Positions 22,473-32,592 of a DNA stretch of 64,000 bases are shown one piece after another. The translations under genes and the position numbers were made by a program. The notes under the pieces were generated by a model that searched no databases, was not told the origin of the DNA, and was given only the letters and a program-made list of their open reading frames with translations. The number at the start of each line of letters is the position of its first letter. Position 1 is the first letter of the stretch. This DNA is from Candidatus Australimonas brisbanensis. Its GTDB lineage: Bacteria; Chloroflexota; Dehalococcoidia; Lucifugimonadales; Australimonadaceae. The DNA lies in NCBI GenBank assembly GCA_038147155.1, contig JAYQTA010000003.1:90838-154837 (forward strand). The letters are read 5' to 3'.

Positions 22473-23450
22473 CTATCTCCCGGCGGCGGGCTCGTCCCCG
22501 AACAGCGCGTCCACGAAGTCATCGGTGTCGAAGAGCGAGAGGTCGTTCTGCCCCTCCCCGGTGCCGATGAACAGCACAGGTAGGCCCAGCTCCTGGGCTA
22601 TCGCCACGGTGATGCCGCCCTTGGCAGTGCCGTCCAACTTGGCCAGCAGCACCCCGCTCACGCCCACCGCCTCCTTGAACACCCGCGCTTGCTCCAGACC
22701 GTTGTGCCCGGTGGTGGCGTCCACCACCAGGAGCGTCTGCTGGGGCGCGGAGGGTTCCAGGCGCTCTAGCACCCGGCGCACCTTGCGCAGTTCCTCGATC
22801 AGCGGGGTCTTGTTCTGGAGGCGTCCCGCCGTGTCCAGGATCATCACGTCCACCCCGCGCGCCACCGCTGCCTGGTAGGCATCGTAGGCCACCGCGCCGG
22901 GGTCGGAGCCCTGCTGGTGGGCAACCACCTCAGCGCTCAGGCGCTCACCCCACACCTGCAGCTGCTCGATGGCCGCGGCCCGGAAGGTATCGCCTGCGCC
23001 CACCAGCACCGAGAGGCCGAGGGCGTGGTAGTGGGCCACCAGCTTGGCGATGGAGGTGGTCTTGCCTGCCCCGTTCACCCCCACCACCATGAGCACGAAG
23101 GGCTTGGCCGGCAGACGCTCCTGGTCGTACCAGTCCCAGATGGTCTTGTCGGGCGGGTCCAGCAGCAGCGCCAGTTCTTCCTTGAACAGTTCCGGCACCT
23201 CGGCCGGGTCGCTGATGCCCTCATCCCGCACCCGCTCCCGTACCCGGTTCACCAGGGCGAGGCCCGTGTCCACGCCCACGTCGGCGGACAGGAGCGCGTC
23301 CTCCACCTCCTCCCACAGCGCCTCGTTGGAGAGCACCGCGCCCTGGAAGAGGGCACCGAGGCCCCCACCCCACCCCTTGCGGGTGCGGGCCAGGGCCTGG
23401 GAGGTCTGCTGCTTGCGGCGGAAGGGGTTGAAGGGCAAGGGGAGCCTCAC
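22473..23450 (-). CDS. ftsY: signal recognition particle receptor
   Basis: GVNGAGKTT, DTAGR and the TKLD-equivalent AKLDGTAKGG. Confidence 0.92.
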   Translation of the reverse strand: MRLPLPFNPFRRKQQTSQALARTRKGWGGGLGALFQGAVLSNEALWEEVEDALLSADVGVDTGLALVNRVRERVRDEGISDPAEVPELFKEELALLLDPPDKTIWDWYDQERLPAKPFVLMVVGVNGAGKTTSIAKLVAHYHALGLSVLVGAGDTFRAAAIEQLQVWGERLSAEVVAHQQGSDPGAVAYDAYQAAVARGVDVMILDTAGRLQNKTPLIEELRKVRRVLERLEPSAPQQTLLVVDATTGHNGLEQARVFKEAVGVSGVLLAKLDGTAKGGITVAIAQELGLPVLFIGTGEGQNDLSLFDTDDFVDALFGDEPAAGR

Positions 23451-23516
23451 TGCGCGGGGGCGCGTTCGCCTAGCCTAGCGTGCGCGGGCGGGTGAGTCCA
23501 AGGTGGCGCGCGGGCA

Positions 23517-24227
23517 CTAGGTGCCCAGGGCCGCCAGCGCCTCGGCGGCGGCGGCCTGCTCGGCGTCCGCCTTGCGGGGGCCGTTGCCCCGCCCGGCCGC
23601 CACTCCCGCCACCAGCACCTCGACGGTGAACACCCGGGCGTGGGCCGGCCCCTCGGTGCTCACCAGCCGGTAGGCGGGTAGCCCCTGGCCGGAGGCCTGC
23701 AGGTGTTCCTGGAGCGCGGACTTGGCATCGCGGGGTGCCCCTGTCTGCCCCACGCGGGTCAACCCCGCCTCGAGCCAACCCAGCGCCACGCACCGGGCGG
23801 CCTGCTCGCCGCCGTCCAGCAGCACCGCGGCGAGGACAGCCTCCAGTGCCTGAGCAAGGTTGGTGGGGCGTTCGCGCCCGCCGCCCGCCTCCTCCCCCGA
23901 CCCCAGCGCGAGGTAGTCGCCCAGGCCCAGCCGGCGCGCGATGACGGCCAGCGCCTTGCCCTGCACCAGCGATGCGCGTGCACGGGAGAGCGCACCCTCG
24001 TCCATGCCAGGCTGGCGCTGGTAGAGGGCCTCGGCCGCCACCCAGCCCAGGAAGGCATCGCCCAGGAACTCCAGACGCTCGTAGGAGGCGTGGCCCGGAT
24101 GCTCGTTCAGGTAGGAGCGATGCACCAACGCCTGCTGAAGCAGGCCCCGGTCGGTGAACCCCACGCCCAGGGCCTGCTCCAGCGCGTCCCAGTCCAGACC
24201 CTTGGGCCAGGGGCTGGGGTTAGTCAA
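23517..24227 (-). CDS. rnc: ribonuclease III
   Basis: ERLEFLGDAFL signature plus a C-terminal dsRBD. Confidence 0.92.
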   Translation of the reverse strand: MTNPSPWPKGLDWDALEQALGVGFTDRGLLQQALVHRSYLNEHPGHASYERLEFLGDAFLGWVAAEALYQRQPGMDEGALSRARASLVQGKALAVIARRLGLGDYLALGSGEEAGGGRERPTNLAQALEAVLAAVLLDGGEQAARCVALGWLEAGLTRVGQTGAPRDAKSALQEHLQASGQGLPAYRLVSTEGPAHARVFTVEVLVAGVAAGRGNGPRKADAEQAAAAEALAALGT

Positions 24228-24852
24228 AGATGCCCTTCGGCCACGGGGGCTGGGGGCGCTTCACCTCAGCCACGAAGGTGAGGCCACCGATGAGCCCCTT
24301 CACGCCCTCCCAGGCGGCAGCGGCCTCCTCCCCCGTGCGGGGACGGATCATCTTGAGGAACACGGGGTAGCCACCCTCGGCAACGATGGTGGGCGTACCG
24401 AACACGCCCGCCTCCCGCGCCTCGGCGTGGGAGGCGGCGATCTCATCCAGGGTGGAGCGGTCGGCCAGGTCCGCCTCGAAGCGGGCAACGTCGAGCCCCG
24501 CCTCCTCGGCCAGGGCACGCAGCCCTGCGGCATCGTTCAGCTCCATGCGCCGCTCGTGGCGTGCCTTCAGCAGCAGCGGCAGGAAGGCCCGCAGCGCCTC
24601 CGGGCCCTGGCGGCCCGCCGCAACGCCCGCGCGCAGCCCCCACAGGCTGGGGTTCAGCGCCTCGTCCGGCTCGGCCCAGGCGTGGTAGTCCGGCCCCTCC
24701 TTCTGGTTCACCTGCTCCAGGGAGAAGGGCTTCCAGGTGATTTCCAGGGGCATCTCGCCCGTCGCCTCACGCACCTGATCCAGCCAACCGGCCAGATTGA
24801 AGACATACGGTCAGCGGAAGTCGAAGTAGACGTCAGCCTTGATGGCGGCCAT
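24220..24852 (-). CDS. DsbA/FrnE-like thioredoxin-fold protein with in-frame UGA (candidate selenocysteine) at the first active-site position
   Basis: The track ORF starts at GTG 24774. Hand translation from ATG 24852 (AAAGGAGG 4 nt upstream) gives MAAIKADVYFDFR-TGA-PYVFNLAGWLDQVREATGEM..., in frame with the track ORF. The TGA (24813..24811) falls where DsbA-family proteins carry D-F-x-C-P-x-C-Y. GVFGTPT occurs later. Confidence 0.7.
24778..24797 (-). promoter_or_regulatory. SECIS-like hairpin downstream of UGA 24813..24811
   Basis: mRNA AUCUGGCC-GGUU-GGCUGGAU: 8-bp stem (two G-U pairs) with a GGUU apical loop beginning 21 nt after the UGA. Confidence 0.4.
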
Positions 24853-24917
24853 GGGGCCTCCTTTCGCACCTCGCACTGCCCCGCCGGTGGGGCACGCCGA
24901 TTCTACGCACCGGCGCA

Positions 24918-25100
24918 AGCCCCCGCCCACTGCGCGGGCTCGATGGAAGGGGGGCTCCCCCTTCGGCCCTCAAGGGCCTACCCCCGTCTCCGCTCGCTCG
25001 GCGCTCGCTCATGGCAGCGAGCAGCCGCCGGCATCTCTCGCTCACTCCGTCCACTGCGTGGGCTCGATGGAAGGGGGGCTCCCCCTTCGGCGCTCCGCGC
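24918..25100. repeat. two tandem left-end fragments of the hairpin-rich repeat family
   Basis: GGCTCGATGGAAGGGGGGCTCCCCCTTCGGC occurs twice in direct orientation (about 24938 and 25059). The first copy continues as in 26447..26515. Confidence 0.8.
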
Positions 25101-26378
<1,278 letters not shown>

Positions 26379-26407
26379 GGAGCGCACTCCTGGGGTGGGG
26401 TGCGGCC

Positions 26408-26413
26408 AGTATA
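26408..26413 (-). promoter_or_regulatory. candidate -10 box (TATACT) for the DUF1015 gene
   Basis: The reverse strand reads TATACT 30 nt upstream of GTG 26378. No convincing -35. Confidence 0.3.
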
Positions 26414-26420
26414 GCGGGCA

Positions 26421-26707
26421 TTCCCCGCTCACTTCGTTCGCTCGATGGAAGGGGGGCTCCCCCTTCGGCCCTGAATGGCCTACCCCCGTCTCCGCTCGCT
26501 CGGCGCTCGCTCATGGAAGCAGGCGCGTGGCCAGCACGCATAGTGCGGTGTTTGGAATGGGGCGCAGCCCCGAGAGGGCAAATAACCCACGATAGTCCGG
26601 GCTAGGGGGGGGGCAGTGGGGGAGTGCAACTCCCCCCGCCGGGGGTTCGGCGCGCAGCGCCCAGGGGGTGTCCCCCTTGAAACAAGGCTGCCGCAGGCAG
26701 CGGGGAA
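26421..26707. repeat. full-length copy of the MITE/REP-like hairpin-rich repeat
   Basis: Ends TTCCCCGCTC...GAAGGGGGGCTCCCCCTT and CCCCCTTGAAAC..GGCTGCCGCAGGCAGCGGGGAA are imperfect inverted repeats. Internal CTAG-GGGGGGGCAGTGGGGGAGTGCAACTCCCCCC module. Confidence 0.8.
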
Positions 26708-26729
26708 GCATGCTGTGAGCGCTTTGCGC

Positions 26730-27767
26730 TCAATGCATGCTGGAGCGCACGGCGTCCTCGGTGGGGTCGGTGTGGTGCTCGGCCAGGTACTCGGGCGTGG
26801 CCATCCCGCGCCGGTGGAAGGGGGCCAGCCCCCCGCGCACGGGCCTGCACTGGCCGCGCACCGTGAGCAGCCCGGCGGCGCGGGTGCGCTGCAGCTCGGC
26901 CGATACCTCTGCGCCCACCACCAGGATGATGGACACCACGTAGAACCAGAACATCAGCACCACGACCGTGGCGGCACCGCCGTAGATGCGCTCGTAGTTG
27001 GCGAAACTGGACAGGTAGATGACGAAGCCCTGCTTGGCGGCCTCGAACAGCCCGCCAGCGATGATGGCCCCTGGCAGCACGGTGAACCAACCCACCCGCA
27101 CGTCGGTGACGAAGCGGTAGACGAACCCGAACACCAGCGCCGAGAGCAGGAAGGGGAGCAGGGCCAATACCCCGTCGAAGAGCCCGCGTACCAGCGCGTT
27201 CTGCAACAGTTGGTTCGCCTCGTTGGTCACTACGCTGCCCACGATGGACATGCCCGTGGTGAGCAGGAACATGAGGCCGATGGACACGCCCACGCCCAGT
27301 TGGCTCATCTGCTGGGTGATGAAGTGCGAGGGCTCCGGCAGCTTCCATGCCCGGTTCACCACCCGGTGCACCGCACCCAGCACGGCGCGGCCCGACCAGA
27401 ACAGCGCCACGATGGACACCAGACCGATGGTCCCACGCGCCTTGACCACGCCAGAGATGTTATCGCGCAGGAACTCGCTGGAGCCCAGGCCCGGCACCTC
27501 GCGCGCCAGGAAGTCCAGCAGACGGGCCTGCGCCTCGTCGGAGGAGATGAAGAAACCCGCCACGGCCACGGTGCCCAGCACCAGGGGGAAGAGGGAGAAG
27601 AAGGCGTAGTAGGCCACGCCCGCCGCCATGTGGGTGCCGTCGTCCCGGAAGAAGTTGCGCACCACCCGCGCCAGCAGGTCGGCCAGCGAGCGCGTCAGCG
27701 GCGGGATGGGCAGCGTGTAGCCCCACTCGCGCACACCGACCGCGACCCTCTTGAGTGTGGTGAGCAT
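26730..27767 (-). CDS. YihY/BrkB-family membrane protein
   Basis: Start trimmed to MLTTLKRV. AAGVAYYAFFSLFPLVL motif, six helices. Confidence 0.78.
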   Translation of the reverse strand: MLTTLKRVAVGVREWGYTLPIPPLTRSLADLLARVVRNFFRDDGTHMAAGVAYYAFFSLFPLVLGTVAVAGFFISSDEAQARLLDFLAREVPGLGSSEFLRDNISGVVKARGTIGLVSIVALFWSGRAVLGAVHRVVNRAWKLPEPSHFITQQMSQLGVGVSIGLMFLLTTGMSIVGSVVTNEANQLLQNALVRGLFDGVLALLPFLLSALVFGFVYRFVTDVRVGWFTVLPGAIIAGGLFEAAKQGFVIYLSSFANYERIYGGAATVVVLMFWFYVVSIILVVGAEVSAELQRTRAAGLLTVRGQCRPVRGGLAPFHRRGMATPEYLAEHHTDPTEDAVRSSMH

Positions 27768-27865
27768 CCCGGAGCCGCGCGCCTTCCCGCTGCACAGATA
27801 GCGCTCATTGTAGGGCTGGGGGAGGGCGGGCCGAGGGGGTTCCGGCTGCGGGTTGCGGGCGCGAC

Positions 27866-28720
27866 CTAACCCCGGTAGTTGGAGGCGCGCCAGGGGGTGG
27901 TGGCGGTGCGCTCCATGAACACGGCATGCAGCGCCGGGCCCGCCGATACGATGGCCCCCGACTCCGGCATGCACCGCCCGCCGCGCAGGTCGGTGACCAC
28001 GCCGCCCGCCTCGCGCACCAGCAGCAGGCCGGGCGCGATGTCCCACGGCTGCACCAGGTGGTGGGCGTAGATGCCGAAACGCCCCGCCGCGGTGTAGGCC
28101 ACGCCCAGGGCCGCGGAGCCCATCATGCGCACCGACTGCATCTGGGGCCACAGGTCGTGAATCATCTCCAGCAGCAGGTGGCCGCCGGGGCCGGAGTAGC
28201 CCATGTCGAAACCGAACACGGCCCCCTCAGGGTTCGCCACGTCCTGCACGCGCATCGGCTCCCCGTTCAGCGTGGCCCCGTGGCCCGCCTCGGCACTGAA
28301 GCACTCGTCGCGCACCGGGTCGTAGGTCACGCCGATGACGGGCTCATCGCCGTCCAGCAGCGCCACGTTCACCGCCACCTGGGGGATGCCGGAGGCGAAG
28401 TTGCGGGTGCCGTCCAGCGGGTCCACCATCCAGGTGAGGGAGCCCTGCCCGTCGTGGCGGCCCGACTCCTCGGCGATGACGCCCCAGGTGGGCGCCCCCG
28501 CGCGCAGCACGTCGAGCACCGCGTCCTCGGCGGCGCGGTCTACGGCGGTGACCAGGTTGTTCCACCCGTCCTTGAGCTCCAGGCCGATGCGGGCCGCAGC
28601 CTCAGGGCTCGCGGGGTTGGTGGGCAGGCGCGCGGTGATGATGGCCCCCGCAGCGCGGGCCGCGCGCTCGGCCACGTCCAGCGCTCCCTCGCCGGAGGGG
28701 GTGCACAGGCGCTGGCTCAC
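27866..28720 (-). CDS. inositol monophosphatase family protein
   Basis: WMVDPLDGTRNF and WDIAPG motifs. GTG 28720..28718 overlaps the trpS stop (GTGA). Confidence 0.85.
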   Translation of the reverse strand: MSQRLCTPSGEGALDVAERAARAAGAIITARLPTNPASPEAAARIGLELKDGWNNLVTAVDRAAEDAVLDVLRAGAPTWGVIAEESGRHDGQGSLTWMVDPLDGTRNFASGIPQVAVNVALLDGDEPVIGVTYDPVRDECFSAEAGHGATLNGEPMRVQDVANPEGAVFGFDMGYSGPGGHLLLEMIHDLWPQMQSVRMMGSAALGVAYTAAGRFGIYAHHLVQPWDIAPGLLLVREAGGVVTDLRGGRCMPESGAIVSAGPALHAVFMERTATTPWRASNYRG

Positions 28721-29709
28721 GAGAGCCCCATCCGGTGGTACACCTCGGCCAGCGTGGCCTCGGCCACGGCCCTGCCGCGCGATGCGCCGTAGGCGAGCAC
28801 CTCCCGCACCCGCTCGGGGTTCTCGGCAAGCTCGCGCCGGCGCTCCCGGAAGGCGCGCAGGTGCTCGTTGATGCCGCCTGCCAGCAGCTTCTTGCAGTCC
28901 ACGCAGCCGATGGCCGCGCTGGTGCACTCGGCCTCGATGCGCCCGGTCTCGGCGGGGTTGAACAGCTTGTGTAGGCTGAACACGTTGCACACCTGGGGGC
29001 GGCCCGGGTCGGTGCGGCGGGCGCGCTGCGGGTCGGTCACCATGCCGCGCACGCGCTTGTCCGTCTCCTCCTCGGAGGAGGCGAGTTCTATCTGGTTGTC
29101 CAGGCTCTTCGACATCTTGTCCTGCCCGTCAGTGCCCCTGATGGACGGGGCCTCGGTGAGCAGCGGCTGGGGCTCCGGGAACGTCTCCCCGTATAGGCGG
29201 TTGAAGCGGCGGGCTATCTCCCGCGCTATCTCGATGTGCGGCACCTGGTCTATCCCCACCGGCACCCGGTCGGCCTTGAAGAGGATGACGTCGGCGGTCT
29301 GGAGCACCGGGTAGCCCACCAGCCCGTAGGCCACGTGCTCCTCGTCCTCGCCCAGCTGGCGCACCTTCTCCTTAAAGGTGGGCACGCGCATCAGCCACCC
29401 CAGCGGCGTGGTCATGGACAGGAGGGTGTGCAACGACATCACCTCCGGCACCTGGCTCTGGACGAATAGCACGCTGCGCTCGGGGTCGAGGCCCGCCGCC
29501 AGCCAGTCCAGCACCATCTCATGGGTGTTGCGGCCGATCTCCCCCACCTGCTCGGTGCCCTGCAGGGTGGTGAGGGCGTGGATGTCGGCCACGCCGAAGA
29601 AGCACTCGTGCTCGTCCTGGAGGGTCACCCAGTTGCGCAGGGCGCCGAAGTAGTTGCCCAGGTGCAAACGCCCGGAGGGGCGCATGGCGGAGTAGACGCG
29701 GTGAGCCAC
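28717..29709 (-). CDS. trpS: tryptophan--tRNA ligase
   Basis: HLGNY (HIGH) and KMSKS motifs, 330 aa. Confidence 0.95.
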   Translation of the reverse strand: MAHRVYSAMRPSGRLHLGNYFGALRNWVTLQDEHECFFGVADIHALTTLQGTEQVGEIGRNTHEMVLDWLAAGLDPERSVLFVQSQVPEVMSLHTLLSMTTPLGWLMRVPTFKEKVRQLGEDEEHVAYGLVGYPVLQTADVILFKADRVPVGIDQVPHIEIAREIARRFNRLYGETFPEPQPLLTEAPSIRGTDGQDKMSKSLDNQIELASSEEETDKRVRGMVTDPQRARRTDPGRPQVCNVFSLHKLFNPAETGRIEAECTSAAIGCVDCKKLLAGGINEHLRAFRERRRELAENPERVREVLAYGASRGRAVAEATLAEVYHRMGLS

Positions 29710-29770
29710 GGGTGGACGACCTCTCAGAGGGGGTGGCGTGAGTCTAGCACGCGGGCCCGGCGCTGCCGGA

Positions 29771-30703
29771 CTAGCCCTGGGCGCGCTTGCGGGCCAGGCG
29801 CTGGTAGTAGGTGACGTAGGCGCGCACCGTGGGCAGGTAGGAGCGGTCGGCCTTCTCGGGCTTGGCGAACATGTAGGTGCGCACGGCCACGTCCATCTCC
29901 TGTTCGCTCTTGCCTGCTGCCATCGCCTCCTGGATCAGCTCGCCCAGTTCGATGGTCACGCGCTCCACCGCGTCCAGCGCGTAGCGCGGGTTGGTGGGTA
30001 GGAATCCCGTGTGCACCGGCAGCAGGTAGCGCGGATCGAGTTCGCGCATGCGCCGGATGGACGCCAGCGCCGCCTCCACGTCGAAGTAGGGCAGCGTCAT
30101 GGGGGTGTCGGGCATGAAGCGCGGGGGCAGGTAGTTGCCCGCCCCATGTCCCGAATAGAGCGCCCGGTTCTCCACGTCCAGCACGCCGATGTGGTCCAGG
30201 GAGTGACCCGGCAGGAAGACGGTCTGGTAGGGCCGCCCGCCCAGCTCGAAGTCGTCCACGTCGTCCACCACCACCAGCCGCTCCTGGGGCACCGGGAGCA
30301 GCGCGCCGAAGATGGACTCCCACTCCGGGCCGAACACCGCGCGGGTGCCGTCGGCCAGGCGCGAGACGTCGGTTATGTAGGGTGCGCCCCGGCGCTGGAA
30401 CACCGCCTTGGCCCTGGGCAACTGCTGCACCAGCCAGCCCGCCCCGCCCGCGTGGTCCACGTGGATGTGGGAGGGGATGACGTACTCGATTTCGTCCACG
30501 TCGTGGCCCATGCCCGCGATGGCCCGGAGCGCGCCCTCGGCCACCACCGTGGGGCCGGGGTCCAGCAGCGCGGCGTGGGGGCCGGGGATGTACCAGACGG
30601 CGTGGGGGAAGGCCCCATCGGTGAACAGCCCGGCGGTATCGCGCCCGTAACTGGTGCGCATCTCGAAGACGCCGGCGAACACCTCTTCGGTGGTGAAGTC
30701 CAT
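29771..30703 (-). CDS. MBL-fold metallo-hydrolase
   Basis: SHIHVDHAGG (HxHxDH) motif, 310 aa. Confidence 0.8.
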   Translation of the reverse strand: MDFTTEEVFAGVFEMRTSYGRDTAGLFTDGAFPHAVWYIPGPHAALLDPGPTVVAEGALRAIAGMGHDVDEIEYVIPSHIHVDHAGGAGWLVQQLPRAKAVFQRRGAPYITDVSRLADGTRAVFGPEWESIFGALLPVPQERLVVVDDVDDFELGGRPYQTVFLPGHSLDHIGVLDVENRALYSGHGAGNYLPPRFMPDTPMTLPYFDVEAALASIRRMRELDPRYLLPVHTGFLPTNPRYALDAVERVTIELGELIQEAMAAGKSEQEMDVAVRTYMFAKPEKADRSYLPTVRAYVTYYQRLARKRAQG

Positions 30704-30715
30704 GTCTGCCTCCCG

Positions 30716-32119
30716 CTACCCCTTCCCGTGCAGGTCGCGCTGGTCGATGACGCGCTTGGCCTTGAACTGCGTGCGCTCCAGTTCGCCGGGGCCCTTCAGT
30801 TCCACCGCCGCCCGTATCCCCAGCGTGGCCTGGAGCGCGTGGGCCAGGCGCTCGCGGGTGCCGGTCAGGTCACCGGCGGCCTCGGCGGAGTGCTCAGCCA
30901 GCACGGTGAGTTCGTCCATGATGCGCTCGCGGGTGACGACCATGCGGAATTCGCCCGTGAGGCCCGTCGTCGCTCGCACCACGTTCTCCACGGCGGAGGG
31001 GTACACGTTCTCCCCCCGGATCGTCACCATGTCGTCCACCCGCCCGTACACCCCGCGCGGCATGCGTGGGTAGGTGCGCCCGCAGGGGCACGGGTCGTCC
31101 GTCCAGGAGGCCAGGTCACCCGACCAGAACCGTATGAGCGGCTGCGAGGTGCGCTCGAGGTGGGTGTAGACCGGCGTCCCCTCGGCTCCGTAGGGGGCCA
31201 CCTGCCGGGTGGCTGGGTCCAGCAGCTCGGTGTAGACGATGTCCTGCCACAGGTGCATGCCGGGGGCGTGGGCGCACCCGCCGTTGGACATCCACGGGCT
31301 CATCTCCCCCGTGGAGCCGGAGTCCACCACCACCGCCCCGTACGCATCCTCCAGGGCCTTGCGCGTTGCGGGGATGGACGCGCCGGGCTCGCCGGAGAAG
31401 AGGAGCACCCGGAAGCCGATGCTGCGCGGGTCGAGCCCCTCCTCCCGTGCCACCTCGGCCAGGTAGAGGGCGTAGGAGGGCGTGCCGTAGAACACCGTGG
31501 GCCGGGCCGCCTGCACCCAGCGCACCGCCATGCGCGTCTGGCCCGACGCCCCGGCCCCGAAGGGGAAGCAGCGCGCGCGCATGCGTTCGGCCCCCACCAG
31601 CGCGCCCCACGAGCCCATGTACAGGGTGAAGGGGGAGGCGATGAACACCATGTCGTCGGGCCGGATGCCCCCTGCCCACATCACGCGAGCGTGGGCATTG
31701 CCGATGCGCGCCCAGTCATCGCGCGAGATGGTGAGCACCGTGGGGATGCCCGTGGTGCCGGAGGAGCCGTGGATGCGCTCGATGGAGGACCAGTCGTCGC
31801 AGATGTTGGACCCGAAGGGCGGGTTCTCCAGCAGGTCCGCCCGCAGGTCCTCCTTGGTGATGGTGGGGATGCGGTGGAACCCGTCCAGGTCCAGGCTGGC
31901 CAGGTCGCCTGCGGTGATGCCCGCCGCGCCCCAGATGCGCCGGTAGAAGGGGGAGCGCTCCCACGCCCAGCCCAACTGCGCGCGCAACTTGCCCAGGATG
32001 ATGTCCATGCGCCTGGCCGGGTCCATCGTCTCCAGCTCCGGGAACCAGTAGGCCTGGTTCGGGGCGGGCAGGTAGGACTCGTCGTACCGGGGGGGCCACT
32101 CGGCCTGGGGGCTGCTCAC
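30716..32119 (-). CDS. phenylacetate-CoA ligase-like (PaaK / F390-synthetase family) adenylating enzyme
   Basis: HGSSGTTGIPT AMP-binding loop, overall PaaK-like N-terminus (FYRRIW...ITKEDLR). Confidence 0.8.
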   Translation of the reverse strand: MSSPQAEWPPRYDESYLPAPNQAYWFPELETMDPARRMDIILGKLRAQLGWAWERSPFYRRIWGAAGITAGDLASLDLDGFHRIPTITKEDLRADLLENPPFGSNICDDWSSIERIHGSSGTTGIPTVLTISRDDWARIGNAHARVMWAGGIRPDDMVFIASPFTLYMGSWGALVGAERMRARCFPFGAGASGQTRMAVRWVQAARPTVFYGTPSYALYLAEVAREEGLDPRSIGFRVLLFSGEPGASIPATRKALEDAYGAVVVDSGSTGEMSPWMSNGGCAHAPGMHLWQDIVYTELLDPATRQVAPYGAEGTPVYTHLERTSQPLIRFWSGDLASWTDDPCPCGRTYPRMPRGVYGRVDDMVTIRGENVYPSAVENVVRATTGLTGEFRMVVTRERIMDELTVLAEHSAEAAGDLTGTRERLAHALQATLGIRAAVELKGPGELERTQFKAKRVIDQRDLHGKG

Positions 32120-32151
32120 GCGCGTTCCTCCTGAGGTGGGTGGGCGTGGGG

Positions 32152-32589
32152 TCAGGAACGCTGGGGAACGTTCTCGCGGATGAACCGCTCGATGTCGGCG
32201 AGGGAGGAGCCCACGGGGAACACCGCGTCCACGCCCATCTCCTTCAGCGTGGCGACGTCCTTGTCGGGGATCGTCCCCCCCAGCAGGATCAGCGCCTCAC
32301 CACGCAGCTCGCGCCGGTCCACCTCGGCCATCAGCTTGTCCATCAACTGCTTGTGCGCGCCGGACAGCAGGCTCACGCCGATGACGTCGGCGCCCTCGCG
32401 CACAGCGGCGTCCACCGCGTCCTCCGGACTCACCCGCATGCCCAGGTACTCCACGTCCATCCCGGCGCGGGTGAGGCCCTGGGCCACCACCTTCACGCCC
32501 CGATCGTGCCCATCGAGGCCCAACTTCACCAGCAGCACCTTGATGGGCTTGCCGTCAGACGGGGTGGGGGACTGCTCGCTCATGCTCAC
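32152..32589 (-). CDS. acyl-CoA (methylmalonyl-CoA-type) mutase, B12-binding small subunit
   Basis: LDGHDRG (DxHxxG) cobalamin-binding motif, 145 aa. Confidence 0.88.
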   Translation of the reverse strand: MSMSEQSPTPSDGKPIKVLLVKLGLDGHDRGVKVVAQGLTRAGMDVEYLGMRVSPEDAVDAAVREGADVIGVSLLSGAHKQLMDKLMAEVDRRELRGEALILLGGTIPDKDVATLKEMGVDAVFPVGSSLADIERFIRENVPQRS

Positions 32590-32592
32590 TCC

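Noticed and set aside
29710-29770. T-box or other leader riboswitch upstream of trpS, and upstream of glyQS at 52740..52855
   Set aside because: The trpS leader is only about 60 nt, far too short for a T-box. The glyQS upstream region contains no specifier-loop or T-box sequence that I can recognise, and it is followed by the repeat element.
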